DNA of 64,000 nucleotides from Macrostomum lignano. Its lineage: Eukaryota. The first letter of the stretch is position 1; each line of letters opens with the position of its first letter. Shown here piece after piece: positions 50,358 through 61,965 of the stretch. The translations under genes were made by a program, and so were the position numbers. The notes beneath the pieces were generated by a model, which was not told the DNA's origin, made no database searches, and was given only the letters and a program-made list of their open reading frames with translations. The stretch covers positions 124,001-188,000 of the forward strand of contig NIVC01001424.1 in assembly GCA_002269645.1 (NCBI GenBank). Direction: 5' to 3'.

Positions 50358-50924
50358 TAAATCAACACTCAAGAACATTTGTGTGACCTCCCCCTGCCCC
50401 CTTTCTACACAAAAAAATGTGAAACAAAAAATGCTTTATCATTGCATTCTCCCTCTGATCCTACACTTGGCCTTTTTGGTAGTCTTTCCATTCCCTCTTT
50501 TGGTCCCATCTCTGTTCTTACTGTTAGTCCCTTTTCCTCTTTTTGTTATTTTTTGCTGCTTTTCATATGTTGGCCCAACTCTGGGACTCCTCATTCAACT
50601 AGTTGTCCTATTGCTTGCTCCACTGGGTGCCCCATATGTTGGTGTCTTTTCTATAGATATATAGATATATTACAACTATGCCATAATGCCAAGATAACCA
50701 GCTCAGCCTTGTCAGCTAAAGCAGATTGCAGAGCCCACCCCACCAACCATAGAAGCCATGCATCTGCCACTTATGACTGCTATCCTTAGGCACTCTGGGT
50801 CAAGCTTTTTTCTTGCATCAATGCACAGCACCCTTGCACCTGTGGTAGAATGGGCTACCATTCCATTAACTGAACAATTCTTTTTGATTTGCCTATCACT
50901 ATTATTATTATTGCTACTCTTATT

Positions 50925-53900
50925 TGTGGTAGCAGTTATTGTTTCTAAGAAAAGCTAGTTTTAAAATGTCACGCGAAAATTATGTTTGTTTTACTTTACA
51001 AAATATTCTTAGACATTTGATGTTTGTTTAAATACACACAAAAAGAATAGTATAAATAGGAGTGAGGTTTGAGGTTAGGAGAATAACTTGTGCACTTGTG
51101 TTCACTTGTTCAAGATATCTCAAACATGTTTAAGTTCTTAGATCATTGTTTATTTCTAAGAGTATTGCAGAGAAGGTTGAGAGTTCAAGAGTTCATGCAA
51201 AAGTAGTACTAAGAGTAATTGCTGTGAGCTTCTAATCTTGGTAATGCCTAGACCAGAGAGGAAATACATATACTAGTAAGACTGCTCAGGTCATATAGTA
51301 GAGAACACTACCAGAATATTGCTAAGAATGCTACCAGAACATTGCTAAGAATGCTACCAGAACCTTATTAAAAATGTTACCCAGAAGTATATGGAATTCT
51401 AAGAAATAGTTAGCTATATTTAGACAGAGCTATAAGATCTGTTACAACTTGGCAACATAATTTAGAGGACAGAAGTAAGCCCTAGGACAACTTTGGTGGC
51501 TTAACAGCGGGATTGAAATATATAGAGTAAGAAGAAATACCCCTGCTACACATTTTGCATTCTGTTATAGCTAATTTCATTTAATCTTTGCCTATTATTT
51601 CCCTTTGCTATTTTGTTCTGTACTATAATTATTTGACTATCATGACTGACAACCCAATGTTTGGAGGTACCAAGTTGGCATTTAGCCAGGAGTTAAAGAA
51701 GACTTTTGGCCTCATTAACAGCTATGCTAAATGACTGCTAAACCAAGAGCTGCTAGATGTGCTTGATATAAATGAGGCACAACTTAGCCTAGGACTACCT
51801 GACTAGGTTGGCTACCTCAAGCTACTCACAGCATTTATACTAGCCTAGGCAGATGGCTACATGACCTTATAGAAGAGATCAGTGCTATGCCACTAGCCTC
51901 TAAGCCAGAAACTATCAGGTTGCTAGAATTGGATCAGCATGCAATGCTGCTCTTGCTACTCTCTAATTAGACAAGTGGCTCTAGTCAGCCATCAATTTTG
52001 GAGGAGGTATCACATATATACAATCCTGACTGCATGTAGCAGTTGACTCATTAACTGAGTTGCTACTATGGGAGCTCATGAACAAAACTGGAGCCTATTA
52101 CCTAAGCAACTGCTACCACTAGAGCAGTTTGGCACAGCTATAAAGGCCATAGGCGGCCAGTCAAGTAGTTAAAATGACAGAAAACTTGTAAAATAAATGT
52201 TTGCAATATGAGATGACTGGCTAGAAACTTGGCCTAAAGTGTTTGATAGTTGCTCTGTGTGTAGACCAGACCAGGCAGCTATTCTGGGATATGGAATATT
52301 GACAACAATCTTAAAAAAAATGCCATTAATGCCATTATAGCCAGCTTAGCCCTATCAGCCAAAGCAAATGATAGAGCCTGCTCTAAAAACCATAGAAGCC
52401 ATGTGCATGCCACCCATGGCTATTATCCTTATCCTATCCCTTCTTCCATCAATGCATAGTACCCCCGTGCCTGTGGTAGAGTGGGCTATCATCTAATTAA
52501 CTGAACCCTGCTAACAACTTGATCTTTTTAGTCATCTTTCCTTTTCCTTACTTGGTCCTATTCTTGTTCCCACTGTTGGTCCTTTTTCTGGTATTTTACT
52601 ATTTTAGATACCATATCAAAGTACCCCTTTGCTTTTGCCATGAAGAACTAGTAGGCCAAGATGATAATAACTCTGCTGCAAGAATGAGTGTTTTTTATCA
52701 CTAGAATCCTAGTGTATATTCATTCCAATCAAGAGAAACAAGGCATAAGTTCCAACATTTCTATGAAGTTTATGATATCCTGGAATAGACCATGATACTG
52801 CCATATTTGCCTTGGGCCAATAGCCAAGCTAAACTGTGCAATAAGAACATCAAGAAGGTGCTCACTTGTCTCCTAGAAGACCATTAGCAATGGGACAATA
52901 TTTTGCCAACTGCTTTGATAGCCCTAAGATCAGTAATCAATTGTAGTGGGTTCTTGCCACACTATGTTTTCTATGGTATGCCTTCTTAGTACCCAAACAA
53001 TAAAATCTTAGACCAACTGAACGTAGCTATTGACCTAAAGTACATTGCCAAGCATTAGAAAAGACTAGCCAAGACTGATAGAATTGTACAATAGCGACTA
53101 CAAGCCGAGATCTAACACCAACCAATAGGAAAACTACAAGAAGTAGCCAAAGCCCACATAGCTGCAGCCTGGCAACCTAGTTTGCCTGGCCAAACCAAAG
53201 CTCAAACTGGGAGAGCTGTCAAAGTTCCACTGGCCATACAAGAGTATATATAAAGTCATCAAGATTGGAAAAGTGGCTTATTAAGCAAGCAATAGTGTGA
53301 CAAGGATGTTTAGACAAAATGTTATAACAAAATCATTAAGATACCACAAATAAGGCAGGCAGACTAACTACAGGAGCCATCATGCTAGACTGAGTGGCCA
53401 ATGCAACCTTATAAGTTGAACAAAGATTGATTTGCTTTTTAGCACAAATAATATTATGAAATCCTAACATTTTTGTTTTGAAAATGTATTGCTTTTTTAA
53501 CAATGCAGACCTAGCTAATCTACATACTCCAGAATAGCAGGCCGCAGCTCAGCCTGATCTGCAAGGCAGCCAGCTGTTTGAGCCAAGCTTATGCCATCCA
53601 GAAGTGCTAGCTAAAGACAACCTAGATCTAAGATCAACATAGAAGTGGAAATAAAAGGTAATTAACTGCAATTTAATTTTGTACCATGGATAACTAACTG
53701 CTAATTTATTCGCTCTTATTATAAATAGTCAAAATTGTAAGTTGTGACTAATTTGTTTTTCTATTGCCATAAGCTTTCTTTGTACCCATTAAGTTTGTAC
53801 CCATTGCTTACTAAAAGCAATTTCATTTCCAATGTGACTTTATGCTTAAAGGTAAAAAAAGTATTTTTTCCAATATGACCTTATGATTGTAGGTAAAAAC

Positions 53901-56375
53901 AAATATTTTTCTTTTCAATGTGACCTTATGCTTGAAGGTAAAAGCAGTGTTTTAATTTTTGTTAGTTTTCTTATGCTTTTAGAATAAAAGCAATATTTTA
54001 ATTTTGTCAGTTTCTTTATGTTCAAGGGTAAAAGCAGCATTATATTTGTTTCCTTATGCTTTTTGGGCCTTCTCCTCAATAGAAAGGAGCATTTGAGGTG
54101 AATTGACCCTTGTTATTTGTTTTGATCAAGCCTGAGCCTAGGAACTCTATAACAATCTGTTCCACTTACCACTGTTATCTGATCCTGCTCTCTGAATTCA
54201 ATTCAATTAATCCCCAATGGCCAATGAAGCAGAAAGACTAAAGCGACTGCAAGATGAACTTAGTTTAAGTGCTAGCAAAGAAGGCAAGATTATTAGCAAA
54301 GAAGAAAACAAACTGCCTATTCCTGATTGGCAGACAACTAGACCCCAGCCTCCTGGACAAAGGCCCCGGCCATCTTCAGTGGTGGTATGGCTGAAAATGT
54401 CACCTATAATGACTTCCAAAGATTTGGTCGACCTTCTGCAACACTATGCCGACACCCCAGTGTAGATATCCCTAGCCTTGACGAGACACCAATCTAAGAA
54501 TAGCAAAACATCAATCATGCTGCCCCAGAGTGACACTCCTAGCTCCAGTATGATGCACCATCTGGGACCCAGGCCATGACCAAGATTGTCCACCAAGCAA
54601 CTGCCAGCTAGACAGCTGCTAACCGAGCAGCCGCTATCAACTGTTTCGCTGCCCCTCTCAAGACTAACAGTTAGGCAGTTGCCACCAACAGAATTGCTGC
54701 CCCAATCAAGTTTGCCAGCCCAGCCTCCTTGCAACTCTAGGCCGCGATCTAGATTGCCTGCCAAACAGCCACCGCCTAGATAGCTGCAGATGGTGACACC
54801 ACCTACGCAGTATGGTCTGCAACCTCAACATTAGTCTGCTGCTATGCCACCTATCTAATGTCACCTTCTGATACCAGATAATGCTGAGCCCAACCCACTG
54901 AACAAGATAGGAGGCAACTTCAGTATTGCCATTGTTCATCTGCCCAAAGCTCGCCGCAATGAGTACTGCCAACTAGCGAACAACGTCAAAGAGCATATTG
55001 TTTGCATTGGCCACCTTCGTATAGAAGGCAGACCCTTGCCAACCTGAGAGGCTCTACTGCCCACGCTACAAGCCTTATGTTAAATGCAGCTATTCTAGGC
55101 TATTGCTGCCTGGAAGCGGGCAGTAGCCTATGCCCTGCATCCAGCATCCAACAGCATCCAACAGTACTTTTTGAGGATTGTCTTTCTGCGCTTAGACAAG
55201 GCTCTGCCACAGTGGTTGCAAATTTGGTCTCACTTACGCACTCTGTGTTCGCAATTCAGCCATTGCAAGGCTGTGGCTGTGCTACAGGAGATTGCCAAAT
55301 GTCTCCAGCGCATGCTGCAAGCTGATGCCTAGCCAGCGCAGCGGCAACTAGTCAATATAGAACTGTGATAGTGTTTCTTGCAGCTCAGATGGCCATTTTA
55401 TCAAGACCTGCCCCGGTCTTATGGCTTTTGAACTTTTGACATTGAACATTTCTACAATGCCTATTTTCTTTGAACTTTACTATGCCTATTTTTGTAATTG
55501 ACACCTGTATTGACTATCTGATTTAGCATTTGTACTAAATATATTTTATACTTTCTTCAATATGATATCTTCCAATGCTGAGTGTACTACTATGTATATT
55601 GTGTTTTCATAAATTTTTCACTGTAGTATTGCTTTCATTCAAAATTCATGTTAAAGAGGAGGAAAGTTGTAGAAGCAGTTATTGTTTCTAAAAAATACTA
55701 GTTTTAAAATGTGAAAATTATGTTTGTTTTATTTTACAAAATATTCCCAAATATTCAGTGTTTGTTATAAATACATGCGAAAAAGTAGTAAAAATAGGAG
55801 TGAGGTTTGAGGTTAAAAGAATAACTCATTTGCTAGCTATAAGCTCAAAACATGTTTGATAAATCATTCTCAGATCATTGCTCATTTCTAAAGAGTATTG
55901 CAGAGAAGTTTGAAAGTCGGTAATTAAGAATTCATATAAAAGTAGTACTAAGAGTAATTGCTGTGACCCTCTAATCACGGTAATAAGAGAAAGTACATAT
56001 ACCAGTAAGACTGCTCAGGCCATATACTAAGAATGCTATTAGACCATATACTAAGAATGCTACCAGACCATATACTAAGAATGCTACCAGAATACTACAA
56101 GAACACTACCCAGAAGTATATGATATTCTAAGAAACAGTTAGGAACATTAAGGCAAAAATTTAGTGTTAGCAATAGAAACTTAATAGAGGGAAATAAAAA
56201 ACCTGTAACAACTTTGGTGGCAATTAGTAGGATAGTTAGAGGACAGAAATACCCCTGCGACAACTTTGGTTACAGCAGTGGGATTTATAAAGAGAGAGCC
56301 AAAATGCCTATGACAACTTAGTGGCTTAATGGTGGGAGTGAAATACATAGAGTAAGAAGAAATAGACCTATTACA
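50925..56375 (+). mobile_element. Decayed LTR retroelement (~5.4 kb), no recognisable RT/IN
   Basis: Direct repeats 50925-51550 and 55668-56375, both TG...CA. Polypurine tract AAAGAGGAGGAAAG just 5' of the right LTR. Interior ORF relics are riddled with stops. No TSD seen. Confidence 0.75.
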
Positions 56376-56463
56376 ATAATAATATATTTGAAATGAATTA
56401 TTCATAATATAAAAACTTAAAATGTTTTATAATAAAAATATATATAATAATAGGCCCTATAAT

Positions 56464-56907
56464 CCATAGTCGGGAAGGTGGCATAGTGTGCGCTGGAACT
56501 ATTTTGATGGCTTTTGAGCACTGTGCACCGTGCACCGTGAAGAAAAGATTTTTTGCGCTGCAGCGCGCCATGATAAGGTAAGTCTAAGGTAAGGTAAGGT
56601 AAGGTAAGGTATTTATTCTACCATAAGGAATTTACTGTAGACAAATTTGAATTTCATTTACGTATTTTATATTGTGATTTACATAATTTACATAATTTTA
56701 TTTTACGAATTATGGAATTAGGCCTGACACTATATATTTTGCAAAGTATAATGAAGTGTAACTGTATATATTTTTTAGCGCCATGCGCCATATGCACTGC
56801 CAGAGCATTTCTAATTTTTCCTTGTACGCCGTGTGCGCCGTGTGTGCCAAAAAAGGGCCAATTTGTGCCGGAAAATTAACCAAAAACTGCCACCTTCCTA
56901 GCTATGG
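56464..56907. mobile_element. hAT-type MITE (444 bp)
   Basis: TIR CCATAGTCGGGAAGGTGGCA / TGCCACCTTCCTAGCTATGG; 8-bp TSD CCTATAAT. Confidence 0.88.
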
Positions 56908-57229
56908 CCTATAATATAATACTTTTAGTGTTTATGCCAATTTATTTCTATAAGGCCATATAAATCAAATATATCACTATCAGTTTATTATTAAGAAACC
57001 ATTGTTAATAATAATGCTATGCAAAAATGAGATAAATATACAACAAGGTATTTATATTAATGTTATGCTTGGCTACTTGCCTTATTAAGTAAATAAACAT
57101 ATCCTATAGGTCAAGCTACAATAAAAGCTAGGCCTAAAAACAAAGGGAATGATTATAATATAATATAATTCCACTTTAGCATCTATCTTCCTAATTATTA
57201 CTAATAAACTTGGTGTGTGGCCATACATA

Positions 57230-57383
57230 TGCAACCTTGGGATTCACCTGGCTATTTCTATTGGCAACACATACATGTAAGTCACTATTGGTTGAGAGCA
57301 GTCACGTGACTACTATTCTGTCCAATAGCGACTTACATGTGTGTGTTGCTAATAGAAATGGCTAGGTGAATCCCTAGGTTGCA
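57230..57383. mobile_element. 154-bp palindromic MITE/hairpin
   Basis: ~62-bp arms TGCAACC...CTATTGG / CCAATAG...GGTTGCA with 6 mismatches; central AGTCACGTGACT palindrome. Confidence 0.8.
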
Positions 57384-57560
57384 CCCAAGCATGTGTGTGG
57401 CCATTTTGGTCATATGCAGCAAGTATCCCTAGCAAAAGATGGCTATGGCCTTTATTGGTGAAAGACTATATGAGGCAGGCCCAATATTCTTATACTTATA
57501 CCATTTCAAATTTACGCCAAATTTCTTAGTTACCGAATTATTTTGTTTAAACGAAACATT

Positions 57561-59002
57561 TGTTATAGCGAAGAAAAATTATTTTGTTTAAATTAATGAA
57601 GTAATATTTTGTTTAAACATGTCCCGCGCACCTGTCCTCCCCCCAGTAAAAACCTATAAATACAAGCATTTTTCGGGCTTTAAAACTTCGCCCACCGTTT
57701 CCTTGATTTGGTTAAGAAAAGCAAAACATGTTGTCTTAGTCACTGGAAAGCAAGACAGGAAAGCAAGCTGTTAGAAGCAAGAAAAGGAGTAAGAGGCCAG
57801 AGAAGCTATAAGAAGCCAGAAAAAGCCGTAAGAGGCCAGGAAAGCTGTAAGAAACCAGAAATAGACGGTTGACGAGTCGGGCAACTCCTTCCTAGGGAGC
57901 CCGCAACTAAATATAGGGAATTAATAGTAGTAATAATAATAGTAATAAAATTCATAACTACATGTAGACCAGTATTTGCCACTCGACACTGCTACCAGGG
58001 TGACTTGCATAGATTCAAGGAGTCCTTAGATTAGAATTCTAGACTTAATGTTTTCTAAGAAACAATAATTGACTAAGTAATTTTATGGAGTAATAACTAT
58101 TCTAAATTACAACAACTTGATTCAGCAGCATGACTATAAACTAGGAAGTAGATACATCTACCACAACTTAGTAACAGTAGTGGGATTTTAACAGACAAAA
58201 ATAACCCCTATAACAACTTGGTGACATCGGTAGGATAATCTAAAATAATTAAACACCCCCTGGTACCCATAGTCAGGAAGGTGACAGAGTGTGCGCCGGA
58301 ACAAATTTTGGCCTCTCCCAAAATTGTGCGCCGTGCGCCGACACAAAAACCCTCGTGTGCGCCGTTGTGCGCCCGCCACTACCTGCCTTGCGACAATAAA
58401 AGACCTTTTTTTACAACATAGCAACAATTTTTGTGCGCCAATATACGGGACGGTTACGGGCTATCTATATTATATTATGAGAAATTGAGATCGTTAAACC
58501 GAATATAGAAATTTAAAAAAATTTTAATTTAATTTCTAATTTTTAAAACAAAACAAACATAAAAAGTAAGCAAATGGCAAAAACAAAGGTAAAAAGGAAA
58601 AGGAAACTATTTTTTTTTATTTTTTATTTTTTTGTAGAATGCAGTGTTACATTAGATGGAACAGTGAATAGTGTACTGTAACAAGTAACAACTTACATCG
58701 TTACATGGGATCGCCACAAGGGTAACGCTGCATGTGGCGCGGCGCCCGCCGCGCCGCGCCGCCATGCGCCGGTGTCCTCTGGTGTGCGCCGTTGTGCGCC
58801 GCTGTGCGCCAGTGCGCCGCTGTGCGCTGTTGTGGCGCGCCGCTGTGCGCCGTTGTGCGCCGTTGTGTGCCCAAAAACTTGAAAAAAGGGCTTGTGTGCG
58901 CCGGAATTTTCCGACCAAACTGCCACCTTCCTGACTATGGCCTGGTACAACTTGGTGGCATAGTGGAATAAAAATACAATAATAGTAAAGACCCCTATAA
59001 CA
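57561..59002 (+). mobile_element. Solo-LTR-like element (TGTTATAG...CTATAACA) interrupted by a MITE
   Basis: Perfect 8-bp terminal inverted repeat, TATA-like CTATAAATA, internal AAGAGGCCAG tandem, U5 array like that of the 50925/55668 LTRs. No TSD seen. Confidence 0.65.
58267..58940. mobile_element. hAT-type MITE (674 bp), same family as 56464-56907, GTGCGCC-rich
   Basis: TIR CCATAGTCAGGAAGGTGACAG / CTGCCACCTTCCTGACTATGG; 8-bp TSD CCTGGTAC. Confidence 0.9.
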
Positions 59003-61165
59003 TATATAACAAGATTAGGCCTACTAGCCAACAAATTGGCCCTTATAGTCTAGGCCTAATAGCACTAGGCCTTCTAATAATCAACCATATCTCCAAGAGA
59101 TACAGAATATCAACTAGCATAGCATAAAGCAATTCTAGTTAACATAATTTAGGTGCTGCATATAGAGATCTCTTATCATTTTAACAAACTATTTTACAAT
59201 ATACACCTAAAATAAGAAAGCTTAGCTAAAATAATAATAGTGCAGAAAGTGTTAAAAAATTGATAAAGATAAAAATATCAATGAATAGGCCTGGTTATTC
59301 TCATTAAAAAATTCTTTGATGCAAAAGACATCTGTGTTGTTTATAGAAATTGTGTGAGCACTTGAGCAAGTTTTGCAATCTGATGGAGTGATGATTGCAG
59401 TCAATGGCAACAGCAAATATGGTTCAGGCATAAGCCAAAAAGAGTGTTGTCAGATTCTAGATAGAAGATGACGCTTTATTTAAATGAATCAAGCCTTTAT
59501 ATTATAAGCATGTATAAAATGGGGGCAATCCAGGGCATACACAGCTGCAGCTAGGCTAGTACATATTGCATATCTACAGGTCTAGCTACAGCTTGTAGTG
59601 TAGGCCCTAGTGCCACAATTTTGGGCCATAGGGCCTAGTGTCACATCTACTAATATAGGCCTACTAATATTCAAAGATAAGTAAAATAGTTTCGTTTCAT
59701 CTACATTTTACTTATATTTAATAAACTCTCTCAACAGCAGCATTTATAAAATTTCTTTTTATAATCTTAGATTCTTAGTAAATTTTAGCAATGCAAATCT
59801 TGTAGGCCCATAGCGAGGCCTTATGAATCAAATGATTCAAATAAATGCCCACACCGGCGAATGTTCGCGACGCGCGATTCCAAATTGATATTTTAAACAA
59901 TATACTGAAACGCTTGTTTTATTTACATTAGCTTAACAACTAAAAGTTAATAATAAATTTCAGAATAAGAAAATAGTTTATAAATTAGTTCTAAAAATTA
60001 CAGACAATAGAGAATATAACAAAAATTCGTTACAGAATAAGAACCCGTGTGCAAAAATTATGATAGTAAGAACTGATACGGAAGGAAACATTTGCTCATG
60101 TTTCTAATGTCTGTAAGCAACTTCATCACTGCGACTTTTTTAGTTCCTCCAGTATCACTTAATTACAAGTCGATTTGGCTTAACTATACATGTAGACGCG
60201 GCCTCAAAAGTAAATACAGCAGGTACTCTGCTGCAGTACACGTTCATACTTTTTCTTTGATATACATGTAGTCAAATTGTGCTGGAAAAACATATATACA
60301 ACTTTATACATTCAATAGGTTTTAGTATCAAAACCCAAGTCAAAAATTAAATTAGCTGTTTACGTCTAGATGATCAAAATTAATGAACCCAGAAAATCGT
60401 TAGAATTAATTATAATGTATATTTATATTACTGCCTGAACACTCGACACTGTATTCAACATTTGCCGCAGTCAAATTTCCCTTAACATTTCGGTCAGGGG
60501 CAGATGCAGGGGGGGGGGCATGGCTCCCCAGCTATAAGCAAAAAAATGAGCCATACTTTTTTGGCCTGTGTAACTAACATGAATTAGAAATGCAATTTAG
60601 GGCTTTTTCCAATGTTGGTTGTACATGTACGTAGTTCTTTTGTATAGCTTGCCCCCCACTCAATTCTTTTCTAGGTCGGCCTCTACCGAAAGTTAACTGA
60701 CAGTAAAATATCAAAGGCAGTCCAATCTCAGCTGAGCAGGAAGCAGGAATTGCTTAAGTCCTTGAGTCACATATCGATTGGTTTAAAACTTCGCATTCTT
60801 GTTACAATCCATAGCTAAGCATATGATAGCTCGTACAGTGGTACTTGTGTCAATTTTAAATTCAATTGAATTTATTTCACCGCTTTTATATGACACGAAG
60901 TTGCGTCGACAGTTGTGTCGATCTGTTTCTGCTTTGGAACAACAATTGTCCAAACTTTCCAGACCCCTCCCCTAAAAAAACTTCAAACAAAGACCGCTTC
61001 AACAAAGGAATTCTTGTTCCATCTGTAAAGAGCCAAACGGACAACGGGCTTTTTACGTTTTGTCAACTTCGATTTATTTTGCCGAAATAATTGCCCAGCA
61101 AAACAAGACACAAACTAGCGAAGTTTCTCAATACAATCTCACGCGGGTCATGCTGCCTAACCTCA

Positions 61166-61658
61166 TCAGTAGATCCGGAAGCTGGGGCCCATTGTGGACT
61201 TGATGTACAGAGCCCGAACATTCTGCCAGTTCTTCTTTAGCAGCGACACCAAGAAGTTGATTGACAAGGTGATGTTGTTGATGAGGTCACCGGAGGTCAT
61301 CTCCTCGTGCCCGATGGCCACGGCAAGGCACAGCACCTTCTTCATCTGGAACTTGATGGTGGCCTTGACCTCCTCCACCTTGCCAACCAGAGAGTCGCCG
61401 TGAGTCACCATGGTGGGAAACTTGCCAGCCTTGTTGAGGCCGGGGCCCAGAACACGGGGAATCTGCTTGATGATGGAGTCCGAAGCCAGGAAGGCGTCGT
61501 ATTGCTTGGCCAGCTTCTTCACCAGCTTCTTGTTCTTGTTCAGCTTCTTCAGGGCCTCGATGTCCATGCAGGCCAGTCCGTTGGCTGTGGCCTCGTCGCA
61601 GTGCTGCTGGTCGCCAAGGACGCAAACCTTCATCTTCGGCTTGGGCACGTTCTTCAGC
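61166..61658 (-). CDS. RPL10A: 60S ribosomal protein L10a (uL1), copy 2, exon 2
   Basis: Same protein as copy 1; 93-bp intron 61659-61751. Confidence 0.97.
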
Positions 61659-61751
61659 CTGCATGGCAACCGGGGGTTACAGTATTGTTTATCTTAGCAA
61701 CAGAAAACTGAATATTTTTTTCATGTTTTGTGATAAAAAACCTCTGCTCAC

Positions 61752-61909
61752 TTGATGGTGCCGCTGAATCGCTTGTCCTTCTGCGGGTCGTAGTTCTTCA
61801 GAGCGATCTGCAGCTCGATGGTCTGCTTGAACTTGCGCGGCTTGTCCTTGATGCCCTTCAGCACGCCCTCCACCGACTCGGTGAGAATCTCTCGAGACAG
61901 CTTAGACAT
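61752..61909 (-). CDS. RPL10A: 60S ribosomal protein L10a (uL1), copy 2, exon 1
   Basis: Coding sequence identical to copy-1 exon 1; donor GTGAGC. Confidence 0.97.
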
Positions 61910-61965
61910 TGCGGCACTCGCTGGAATTCAGCAGATGGTGATTTTCAGGATGAACTGAAGCAATG

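Noticed and set aside
56197-59002. CRISPR array interpretation of the repeat-spacer units
   Set aside because: The context is eukaryotic, there are no cas genes and only 2-3 units per array, and the repeat is explained as LTR end + PBS. Reported as a finding, not as CRISPR.
60497-60690. Short G/C-run MITE (CAGGGGCAGAT...CTAGGTCGGCCTCT)
   Set aside because: The TIR match is too degenerate and there is no clear TSD.
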